Source of the DNA: Phoronis australis
Taxonomy: Eukaryota; Animalia; Phoronida
Direction of reading: 5' to 3'
Assembly: GCA_002633005.1 (NCBI GenBank)
Contig: NMRA01000433.1
Span: 356,411 to 388,545 of the forward strand
DNA: 32,135 bases
Position numbers and translations under genes: made by a program. Under the pieces are notes generated by a model, which saw nothing but the letters and a program-made list of their open reading frames with translations, was not told the origin of the DNA and did no database searches. Positions within the stretch are counted from its first letter, which is position 1. The number at the start of each line of letters is the position of its first letter. Shown one piece after another: positions 11,694-24,200 of this stretch.

Positions 11694-12094
11694 TACGACG
11701 ATAGTGGCATGCCAGTTAAAGTATATTGTAAGCGTTCACCAAGGCTAGGGTTGAGGCTTGACAGCGACACCGTTTCAACTAACAGTAGATAAGGTGGTTA
11801 TTCCATAAACCCTTCATGCAACAAAGGTTTTTTGGTGAATTACGCCACGCACTGATCAGCCATCAAAGTCAAGTGGTTATAAGTACCTTTAGCGCATAGA
11901 GGGACATCTTAGGAGGCTGTTAATGTGTTTAATTCCTTCCATCTCGAACAAATACTCTCATAATCAAACTTCAAGCATTCCTTCCATGTTTACAGTTGCT
12001 CCTGTCAGGAGATAATATGTCATTCTCTAGATAATTTTGTTTGTTTTGTTTTTTTTTGTTTAGGATTGACCTACCAATTCTCGCAAGAGGAACA

Positions 12095-12228
12095 ATGTTT
12101 GGCGTTGAAGAATTGCCACTTGTAGCACTTGTCGAGATCATGTCTTATCTAAACCTGGAGGACTTGATTTTACTTTCACAAGTTTCAAGCAAGATGAAAG
12201 AAATTTTTTATAGCTACTGGGAGTGTAG
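12095..12228 (+). CDS. FBXL18-like coding exon 1 (F-box)
   Basis: Acceptor at 12063, ATG at 12095, donor AG|GTATGC. Confidence 0.9.
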
Positions 12229-15200
12229 GTATGCCGACTGTCTTGAAGTTAAAACTGTGACAATAAACGTTTCTGCTAGTATTTTTAAATAAGTGTAGGT
12301 CAATAGTCTAGAGCGGCATTGAACTGTAAGGTGAATAGTGGAAAAAACAACATTGTACTTTAGTCCTATTAGACCTAAAATATACAGTGTCTGTTTTTCT
12401 ATTATTTTAGTTTTCATTTTTACTTTTAATATTCGTTATTCCGTAAGGATTGCAATTTGAAGGTTTCATTTGAGGTGTCGATACCAGTAGTTCAAATTAT
12501 TTTGTTGTTTTTTCAATTGTTTAGAATTGCACTATGGCGATCATCATATTTTTTTCAAATAACTGTCACTGCACTTTTGCAGGTTGGCAATAGACTTGTC
12601 AGTTTTTAAAATCCTCAAAAATAGCCATTGGTGCAGCATTTTGGTAGAACCATAATGTGTGATGTCAAGGCGATGGATGATTTGCCGTTGGTCTTAATTC
12701 TTGAATTTGGGATGGCTAATGATGCGCATTTCTAGAATTTGGTACAAGCTCAAACCTTGAGCAAGATGATTAAATTTCTACCCTACTTCATGACTTATAA
12801 CTTTGTTCTCTAGTAATTGTTTTAAATCAAAACATTTGCTTCATTTTGCAGGTGCTTGAACTTTGAAGGTTGTTTTCTGTCCAATGAGGATATTTTGCAG
12901 TTGCTCAAAAGCCTTGGTACAAGACTGCGCTTGGTGAAAGAGCTCAACCTGAACTTCTGCTGGTGGTGAGTTGGATGGACCATTTGGTACCTGACTTAGG
13001 AGTAATCGTACTTACCATGCAGAAGATATTTTACTACTCTCCACAAAACATGATAATTTGAATGCAATGTTACCTCAGTCAAAAGCTGTTTATTCCATGT
13101 TTGATGTGACACAACCACAGGCAGGCACACTTAGTGCACACCACAGGGTTTTGCAGTGAATGAAGAAAGACACTGTAGAATTTGATACTTGGCTTGATGC
13201 CAAATTTGTCACTATTGGGGTGACCATGTTTTTAGTGAATTTAGAGAAAAAGAATGGGACATTCATAACAAAGGAACATTCGTGACCAAGCAATTGTCAA
13301 GATGAAATGTCACTGAGAAGTGCAGGTGTTACTGTTAATAACAAAGCACTTGCTCTTCTGTAGCCATAAAATCATTCCTCTTGTTAGTGAGCTACAATTG
13401 GAGATGAGGTTTTACAATTATAGTAGGTCTGATAAAATCAAAGCTTAATTTTTGTCAGAAAGCACTAGCTATATCCACCTTATTCACATAGTCGCCATTT
13501 AAAAGTGCGCCTCTCTTTAGGTTTTAAAAGCAATGCATGGAAAGAATGATGTTATTTAAGGTCAAACCAGTTTTTTGAAGTGCTGAGGATATTCATTTTG
13601 GGTGAGACATTTTCTATATAAGAAACTTTAGGTAGCAGCTGGGTATTACATGTGTTGTTTTTATTTGTGATCAATATGTATACACATGTTAATTTGTAAT
13701 CAGTATGTACAGATCTGTTAATTTGTTCTATAACAAGGTCATAACTAATCTGTTTCAGGTTAACCAGACTGACCATACAGAAGGTGTTAAAGCAATGCCC
13801 CAACATTCAGTCTCTACATATAATAGACTGCCATCTGTCTGTCAAACAGCGTCTGGAAATTACGTCAAAGTGTGCCAAGTTAATGACTATTTCATTAACA
13901 TTGCCTTGTGATTCGCTTCATGCTCCATTGCAGATGCCGTTGTCTCAACTTGTAGGACACTTAAATGGTTTGTCACGTGTCACTGTCGTTGTTGAGTGTA
14001 GCAGTTCCTGCAGCAATAATTTTCGTAGTTTTAAAGAAATAGTCATGATTATCGATTGTCCATCTTTGAAACACTTGACTATATCTTTCAAGTCGAATTT
14101 TCATGAGCACGTATTCCTCAAGTTCAGTCATTCAGCGTGGTGTAACCTCGAATCTTTTAACTGGAACGGACCACTACATACGGAACAAAAATACCAGCTG
14201 GCAAGATGTGAATTTCTACTTGATGATGCCAGTGTTGTTATGCCTTGGAGAGAGGTGAAGCTTCTACCCCATGTGTGGAACAGATTTATTGAGGCGTTCT
14301 GGTTCAGCAGTGACAAACCTGTCGTCAATAGCAAGTTGGAGTCTCTTTGTAGCCCCGATCTCTGCACAGCATTTGATTGCGAGGTACTCTCTAGCACATT
14401 GGAAATATTACGAATGTGTTCTTAGGGTTGGTACACGATCTGAGCTGTGTATTGGGAGTGGGGAGAGCAGGGAAAATAAGTGTTTCGCGTGGCGAGTGTT
14501 AAAATTGTTTTAAAACGTGTGCAAGGGTGTTAGAGAATGATTTGTGGGGAGCTGTGTGATTCCCTAGATAAATTGTTAGTTAAAACAAGTGTGTGAAATT
14601 AGTAGTGACCACAGTTTAGTTTTCAAACAGTTCTTCCTACCAGTTGCATTTCTGTATCCATAGCTGTCTCCTGAACCCCTTCCAGAAAATGTATGAAGTA
14701 TGATACATGTAAGTGTGTTCCTATGGACATCGTAATGAATGGCAATTTCTTTTGGATTCATCTGACTACTGCTATGCCTCGTAGGGATAGTTCTGTTTAA
14801 TTTATCTTTCTATCTCAGGAGTTCCTGGATGGATATTCATGAATTTTGAAACTTAATGTTTCTGTTAGAGAGACTGCAAGACTTTCCCAGATGGGCTCAA
14901 AATTATGCACCACCTGTTGGCCGTTTTTAATACTAATAACTACCCCTAGGAACTTCATGTTCTCATACTGTATGTCAGTCATGCAATGTTTTGTTTCTCT
15001 ACAAGAGAGGCATTCAGTCCTATTTCTCTCACTCCTTGCTCACCTGTCTTCATTAGCTGCTATATTTCATTTCCCAACTAGTAACTAGTATTCAATATTA
15101 ACTGGTTGGGATTACAATGGGAACTTTTCCAGTGTCTAGACTTTGATGACCGTCTTCTTTTATTTGAATATCAGGGGACAGCAGAGATTGGTGTCTGTGA

Positions 15201-18200
15201 TAGCCGCTGCCTGGCTGTGGCAACATTCTTTTCTGCCCATTTTAGATGCTGCGGACTATAAAACCTAAATCTATCATTGAAGGTTGGATTTTTAAATCGA
15301 TAAAACATAATAGAAGAAAAGTCACGCATTGTGACCTTGTTGATATATCCAAGTTCTACTGTGTAACCTCCATGAGTAACATCATGAAGTGGCTTGATAC
15401 ACCCAAAGACAGTGAAATTTAAATGTTGGTTCTTCATGTGCTATTAATTAGAAATTAATTTGTTGCAGTGTACTAAGATGTTGAAGCAAGTGAAGATCAC
15501 TAAATCCATGGAACCTGGTGAGGTGCTGTCATGTTGTCCACTTCTAACTACTGTTCACTTCAGTGATTATGTTATGGTAATCTCCGTTTTACTTTCCCAC
15601 ATTTATGACATTGTGTTCTTCACTTTTGTCTATTTTAAACTGATACGTTATACTGTAAAGTCTTACTACTTAGGACACAATACAACTGACAAGAGAACTT
15701 TTATTTCTTTGTTATTTCCCATGAAAGAAAGGTAACAACAAAATAATTCTTTCACACGTTCAAATTTTGTAACTTAGCTACCACCAGACAATGACAACAG
15801 TGGTCATTCTCGAAAATGATGGAAACCCTTAAAATGAAAAATGTATGTCTGAGGTTGGTGAGACATCACGGTAGTTTACAAATATTTTTTCAAAGTGACT
15901 ATACCCAGACAAATAGAGGTCAGCTGGGTGTTTGTTCCAGATTGTTGTATTGTCCACCTGGTGGGCAGCTGTCCACCTCTTTTACTTGTCCAGTCTGTTT
16001 CATAAAAGTTGACTTAGACTTTTAAAAGTCTGAAATTTACTCTTATGCTTCTCACATCCATTCCTGAAAAATAATCAAATCCTATTTGAGCAACAGTGCA
16101 AAGTTTTTGAGAAGATACACACATCAACAGCATGTTACTGGCAGTTTTTATAAAATATCTCTACACTGTGTGGGCCCATAATTACATGACTAAACATTTT
16201 TTCAGCGATTGTGTAGTGCGAGCGCAAGACCAAATTTCTGTCTTAAGTCTCATGCCCTTTTCACCAGACTGTCCCCAAGTGGCAACATAACAAACTATCA
16301 TTCAAATTAGATTGCTTTGGATTTTGACCAGCTACCATGATTATGACATACCGGTAGGTCTCAAATTGTGCATGGAGAATTTGGAGGGAATTTCAGGGCT
16401 TCAAATTTGAAAGAATTGATAGTTTGTTAATGATGGAGACCAGACTCTATGGAGACCAGACTCTAAAGGCTGGCTGGGCATTTTCTGTGCCAAGCACGGT
16501 CTGAAAAGGCAGCTATTTTGAATTCCCAAAGTCACTTCCCATGTAAGAAAAAATCAACTTCAAGACTTGTTCTTGCTTTTTGAATAATTCGTAAATTTAT
16601 TTCGTTTATTTATTCTAATTCTAGAGACTGAATAAATCATCTTACGTTGAAGTACGGTAAGGTCTCATCTGTATAATATGGGCTTTTTAACATAAAACTT
16701 TGCAGGTAATTATCTTTACCTACAATATGAATATTCAGCTGCAGTTTGCTTCAGCTCTATATTTCTTACGCAGATCACCTCAAGCGTACTTCAGAAGCTC
16801 CCTTCTCTGCTATTCATCCAGAACCTTCACATGGTTGGTCTTTGTGTCCACTCCCAGAACTTGTGTTCAGCAATTGGGAAGCTCAAAGGTAAAAATCCAG
16901 TCATTTTTATTATCAGTACTTACGCAAACAAATATATTTGAAGAAATGCATGCCGACAATAATTTGATGCACAAGCGCAGTGCACTTGCTCACAAATGTC
17001 AGGCATTTTGAGGCTTGACATTAAATTTAAGACTTGTTTTCTAGTTAATATTCAAAAATCAGAAGTCAAAAAGGACCACCTTTTACCGAATTTTTCTTAT
17101 TCACATTCACAATTCTCAGAATTGTGACATTTTTCCATTTGAAAGTAACGTCTCTTTCTGTTCTACTTCTTACTCTTTGACTTTTGTCAGTGGTGTGACT
17201 TATGCAGTGCTGTTCTGGTCATCAAATTCATAGTGAAATGGATTACCTACAGTGAAACAATGGATCTCGGAGACAAATCATCGTATTACTAATTAGGTCG
17301 ACCCAAAATCGCAAACTTCAAACTGAAATCTTGAAAGGCACTTCCCGCTGAAGGTTTCAGTGATCTCTGTTCCTAGTTTGTCTTTAAGAACTTCTAACTC
17401 ATCGATTAAAAAATACCACAAAGGATTCATCCCAAACATGATCCAAAGCCTTGTTTTTTTTTGAAAATGACTATGCATGGTGCTATAAACTTGATAATTT
17501 GGTCCCTAGAAAAACATGACTGGGAAAATTTGTAGTGTACCTCACCTTAGAAAACCTCAAAATGGGTCACTCAGTACAAATCCTAAACTTATGACAAGCT
17601 CATGATTAGTGCTCTCACAAGTTGCTTTTTGGACAGAGTTGACTACCCTAGTAACGACCTGTTGGCCGTTTTAAGTTTCCGAAACATTTTACGTAGTGCA
17701 TTGCCCTTGATAACTGGTGTTTCTAGTTTCAGTTAAATGGCACTGAAGAAGGTTTGCCAGATTAACAAACTTTCTCTGCCAATCATAACAGCATTTTGAT
17801 GCCTCCATTTATTTATAGTCGTGGGAATATGTGTAGTGCACTTCGTATGACATTTGAAAAACACCCAATTAACAGAGGTTAGGTGGCGCTACTTCTTCAG
17901 TTATGTAGTTTACACTATTACAGTGCCAAAATCATTTTTTAATTTTTCAAAAAAAAATGTTGATTGCAAACTTTGAAATAATGAAAATGTTATTTAGGGT
18001 TTCCTTTTTTACATGTCTGTATGCAGTACAAGCTAATAATATTGTTAGCTACAGTGAAATTAAATTAATTTTCTTGATGGTCGCTTTTATTAAGAAATTT
18101 AACAACATGAATTTCCACATTTCAGCCATATGAGCCGCACAAATAAGGAACAACGTCAGGTATCTGCAACTTTGTATTGTAGGTTTGAGAAGGTTGGCAG

Positions 18201-21200
18201 TTTCCCCCTGTGCAATATTTGACAAGTGCAGTGACCCAAAGCCTTGCACCAGTAGTCAGTTACCTCAACCCGACATGTCTGGTTTTTCAAAAGGAAATCG
18301 CACAGTGAAAAAGTTGAGCTACAGAGTGAGCCACCTGTCATGCATAGTACNTGTGGTGCTTTAAGCAACTGGTGTATAGGATGTGCTTGTATTATGAAGA
18401 TTACTCACATTTTGCCCCTAGCCTATTGAGGAGACAATGACCATGCCTTTCCATTTTGCAAAGTATGCCCTCTACTGGCCACTTTATGGTACCAATAAAC
18501 AACCCTAGAAGGATACCCTATGCGGTGCAATTGTGGGCACATTTCAACGCTCCGTGTTGCTCTTGTTATTATTCAGTACTTAAAATGCAAACAAATATAT
18601 TTGAAGAAATGCATGCCGACAGTAATTTGATGCACGAGCGCAGTGCACTTGCTCAGAAATGTCAGGCACTTTGAGGCCTGACATTAAATTTAAGACTTGT
18701 TTTCTAGTTAATATTCAAAAATCAGAAGTCAAAAAGGACCACAGTACCTTTTACCGAATTTTTCTTATTCACAATTCTGAGAATTGAGACATTTTTCCAT
18801 TTGTAATTAACGTCTCTTTCTGTTCTTAGTCATCGGCTTTTGTTAGTGGTGTGACTTTATTATGCAGTGCTGTTCTAGTCATCAAATTCATAGTGAAATG
18901 GAATACCTACAGTGAAACAATGGATCTCAGAAACAAATCATCGTATCACTAATTAGGTCGACCCGAAATCACAAACTTCAAACTGAAATCTTGAGGGGCA
19001 CTGCCCGCTGAAGGTATCAGTGATCTATGTTCCTAGTTTATCTTGAAGCAACTCTAACTCATCGATCAAAAAATACCACAAAGGATTCGGCCCAAACATG
19101 ATCCAAAGCCTTGTTTTTTTTTGAAAATGACTATAATAATGGTGCTATAAACTTGATAATTTGGTCCCTAGAACAACATGACTGGGAAAATTTGTAGTGT
19201 TACCTCACCTTAAAGAACCTCACTATTGGTCTCGCACAGTACAAACCCTAAACTTAAGACAAGCTCATCAGGAGTGCTCTGACACAAGTTGCTGTTTGTA
19301 CAGAGTTGACTACCCTAGTAACGACCTGTTGGCCGTTTTAAGTTTCCAAAACATTTTACGTGGTGCATTGCCCTTGATAACTGGTGTTTCTAGTTTCAGT
19401 TAAATGGCACTGAAGAAGGTTTGCCAGATTAACAAACTTTCTTTGCCAATCATAACGGCATATTGATGCCTCCATTTATTTATAGAGGGAACATATGTAG
19501 CGCACTTCGTATGACATTTGAAAAACACCCAAACAACAGAGGTTAGGTGGCGCTACTTCTTCAGTTATGTAGTTTACACCATTACAGTGCTAAAATCGTC
19601 CATTTTTAATTTTTCAAACAAAAAAAATGTTGATTGCAAACTTTGAAATAATGAAAATGTTATTTAGGGTTTCCTTTTTTACATGAATGCAGTACAAGCT
19701 AATAATATTGTTAGTTATAGTGAAATTAAATTTCTTAATGGTTGCTTTTATTAAGAAATTTAACGACATGAATTTCCACATTTCAGCCATATGAGCCACA
19801 TAAATAAGGAACAACGTCAGGTATCTGCAACTTTGTATTGTAGGTTTGAGAAGGTTGGCAGTTTCCCCCTGTGCAATATTTGACAAGTGCAGTGACCCAA
19901 AGCCTTGCACCAGTAGTCAGTTACCTCAACCCGACATGTCTGGTTTTTCAAAAGGAAATCGCACAGTGAAAAAGTTGAGCTACAGAGTGAGCCACCTGTC
20001 ATGCATAGTACACGGTTGCCCAGGGCTTCAGCACTTCTCACTTGCTGCTTGGGATGCTAAGGGCAAGATACCTTGGGAAACAGTAAGTGATATCTATTTG
20101 TCCTGAGCTCCTTCTAGCATGCATTTGAACGAGGCTTCCTTTTAAGAAAATAAATAACAAAGAATTATTGGTCAATCATGTTCGGGCCATTACAAACTCC
20201 TCCCATTTCATAGTACCCTGTTCTTCGTTGATATGACTATGTACAATTCCCAGGCTTGTTCATCTGATCTAAAGTCATGTTGCGTGGAGTGGAACAAGTA
20301 TTCCATTAATGACTTCACAGCTATAAAACACTGTCTAAAGTAAACTGATTTGTCCTGGACTATAGCCAATGAATTTTCAAAATGTCTGGCTTCTGAAATT
20401 GGATTCCTTTCAAGTTAACATCATTTTTACCTGAAGAAATAAGAAAAAATGGCCAAAATAGACGCATTTACATTTTCGGTTCTCTGCTACTTGTTCTTAG
20501 GTGAGTGGTTTTCGTAACTGTGCAAGATAACTGCCTGTGAATGGTAATATTGGATAAAAGAGCTGATGAATGTTTGACAATGGACTAGAAGTGTAATTAT
20601 TTGGACTACCTTTAATTTGCTATTGCCTGAAGTTGAAACCAAATTTTTGTAATGCTCCAGTTCACACCCATGCCATGAATTGTACGATGACACTACTTGG
20701 CTTACCTCAAAATTCAACTGCTGCCTGGTGGCTTGGTAATTGGCCCAATTATATTGCACACAGAATTAATGACTGAGGAACATATTATAGCAACATTAAG
20801 TAAACATTTTAGGTTGTAAAAGTCACATTTCTTGTCCAGTTCAAAACCTAATCACATGTGCTTTTCTCAAACTATTATCATGCTATTTGCAAACTTTCAA
20901 AACCAAAATCTAAAAATACTATTGTCGCCCAATACGTATCTGATGGTCTCATAGCAGCTTGATGTGATTTAATTAACCACAACAGCATGGTGTCTTTGAT
21001 TTAAACCGGCAGATTACGAAATACTGAGTTGTCCATTCTTGAGTGGTTAGGGTGCCAGTGTAGAATCATTAATCATGCAAAAGTATCATTGACCTGGAAT
21101 GACCGCTGGTCAGAACCTGGGCATTAAGAGGAAGATTAGTAAAGGTGGTTAAGCCATTCTGTTAAGAATTTATTTGTCATGATAATTTGCATGAGTCATC

Positions 21201-24200
21201 ATTTTTTCTTGTTGCCAAAATCTTTGACTTGGCGACGGAAATTAAATTTTGTCTGATTATCCCCGAGGCTCTGCTTTTTGCCACCCAGTATTATTGATGT
21301 CGCATTTTACAGGCATGGCTACGTATTTATTAGGGCAATGGTGTTCTGTTGCAGCCATCAAAATTTGGCAAGTGTTTAGACTGCAGAGATGTCACTGACG
21401 AACACTTGCAGTGTCTTAGTGGATGGAAGAGACTACAGAGCCTCACTGTGGCTGGGGTTAAAGGTGAATTACTTCAAAGGTTAACATGAGGTGTAGGATT
21501 AAGAGTTTCTGTTTAGCCCGCCAAGCTCCCGTCGGTCATTAACGTGAAATATATCCAAATTTAAACCCGTGTTGACACATTGTGCTATGTCAGTTCTAAC
21601 AGTACACCAAGCACTGTACAGTCATGTTTCACTTTATCTAGTACGAAATAATGTGTAAACGAAAACTTGGCATTTTGAAAAACTTGTTAATGTGTTTTCC
21701 AAGGCTACTTTTGACTTTTTTAAAGTTAAGCTGTGTCTTTAATGAAACTTGCTGTATAAGTCTCTGTAGTTTTTCCTGAGGTGTATGGATGGTCCAGCTG
21801 TATAGGCTGCAGTCACTTACAGCTCTGGGGTACCTGATTTGGATACCTGTTGTTCAGTGAAGAAAACTTGATTCTCAAAATGCGGGTCCCCAGTAAGTGA
21901 CTAGTACAGGTTTGTGGACAGATGGCAGCACGTGATCAAATGTTTTTTTATAATATGTCAATTCTATTGACGTTGAAAGCCCTGGAGGCTCAGCCACTAG
22001 AAACTTGTGTACCCACTTCAACAATACTTTGCATGAAAGGACCACTTTTCAAGGCTGGCCACATTGCGTGTGTCATGCGTTTAAGCTATGATGTTGTCCT
22101 TAACTGCTGGTTGGGAATTTTTCTTTGCTAGGCTACCAAAATGAAGATTCATTTGTTCTGCCACCAGGTGTCGCGTCGTTTGGCTTCCTCTTGGATATTT
22201 TGAAACACAGTGACACCATGCAGGTTCTGTCCTTAGATCACGTGGGTTTGGGGATAAACAAGGGAAGTGTGTCACTCACTCAAGCATTATCTCATGGCCA
22301 GGGGCTGAGCACCGTCAGGTACGTAAATGAGACATGCCCCTTCCTCAAAATTGTCTGAATGCCAGAGGCAAAGATTGCAATTTACTACAGTGTTGGGTAA
22401 GCTACGTCTAAGCCTGTGGTCTTTTAAAAACTATCAGTTTGATCGGATACCGAAAGATTTTAGTAGTAATGATTGTTATTAGTATATTTGATTAGTAGTA
22501 CTTGTTTTCAAATAAACCAGACAAACTTTGACAAATCCCTGCCAGACTTTGCTATACTTTAATGTAAGCATCTTGCCAGAAATTTTTGGCAGCTAAGTCA
22601 ATTTTTCTTCTCTCCTCAATAAAATGGCATTTCGTCAACTTTTTATCAGAGTTTAATGTGACGCTTTTGTGTTTAGCAAATTAATTGATATTTTGTCACA
22701 GTTATGACTGCTAAATTCCAACATTCCCAGTTTATTTTGAGACCTTACGCATGAAAATGTGAATTATGAAGATAAAAAATCAGTGAAAATGTTAGTCAAT
22801 GTTGAATTGTTATCCAAGTAAGAAATTGGAGGTTTGAAAACATTGCCATGTTCTTCCAATCTTGAATTCTTTCTTAATTTCACCTAGCAAGTTGTACGTG
22901 CTCCATTTTGGAATTCACAATATTAGGGTTCCCCACCCACAAATGAAACATGTTTGTCAGTCATTGATGGTTTTGATTTTCTTGTTACTAATGTGATGGA
23001 ATTTTATCACGATCAGGGCCCGAGATAACGAGCTTCAGGTTGCATTTGCGACCTGAAATTTGGAAATGCGAGCTGAGATTTTTGTCAGCTCATATTTATC
23101 AAGTCGTAAAACGCAACCTGGAATTTCCAATGTATGCCAGTTCTTACACTGACTTCTCTGTAGATACCTGGGAAATATTGAATCCGACGGTTATTTGGTT
23201 GTTGCCAAATCAAGTTCAAAACAGCACTAATCGGGAACAGCCCTCTTCACTGATAACTTGTAAGCATGTCGCGTGAACATGGTATAATGCAGAATTGATC
23301 TTTGATGCATTTCATTTTCTAACATTTTCAAGTAATTTAAATTGCAAATTTCTGGATTTGGGCCACAGCATAGCACGTGATAAAATGTCACAAAACAGTT
23401 GTGTTTCTACTATCTCTTAAAGCGATCAACTTACCAAACTTTGTGGTGGAAAAAACATGACTTTTGTTCATTTTTCGAGTAAGATGTCCTTATTACATGT
23501 ACCAAATATCCACACTGATATCCCTGATATCGCACTGCGACACTGGCTGGTCCTGTTGTTAGCGCGGAAGCAGTCCCTGTAGACAACCGTGACTTGGAAA
23601 AGTGCGTCTCGTTTTTTATCGCAGCAAAAGTGAAAATAACAACCCTATTAATCGCCAAACGATGGCCACGTTTTTACTTTCAGCAATGTTTTTGGTGCTG
23701 TGTGCGCGAAATATCATCTTTCAGACATTGTTGATAATGTAAAGCGTAGGCCTACTCCAGGGATTCAAGTGTGTGAACTCTTGCGTGTGCACCATTCCCA
23801 AGCTGCAGATCAAATGAGAACAACGACAATCCTAAATGAACGAATATACTGGCTTGGCTCTGTTAAGCATCCGGGTGCCTGTGGTTTATTTGAAAATGAA
23901 CTTAACTGATTCCCAGCAGCTATAGAAGACCCGATGCTTTACGATATTTCCTGGAACGATGTAACCTAGGACTGATATGTTCCTGTTCCGATGTTTCCCG
24001 GGGTCCATGTTCCCTAAACCGGATGTTCTATGCCCATAGCCTGCTATTGCAACTAAACGGGTAGATGAGAAATCTGCAAATGGCACTCCTTCTCTTGAAA
24101 TTGAAAGTCAGTCATATTGTGCAGTTCTTTTTTTAATTCATGGATAAAAACCTCTCCTCACAATGAGCGACTTTTTTGATGTCAAATGTTTTTAAGATTG

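Noticed and set aside
14644-15282. Extra exon candidates between FBXL18-like exons 3 and 4 (acceptors near 14643, 14818, 15174)
   Set aside because: They give early stops, incompatible phases or weak donors, and exons 3 and 4 join in frame without them. They are not fully excluded.
18049-20041. Duplicated minus-strand ORFs as a paralogous gene pair
   Set aside because: They are antisense shadows of exon 6 within the duplicated segment.
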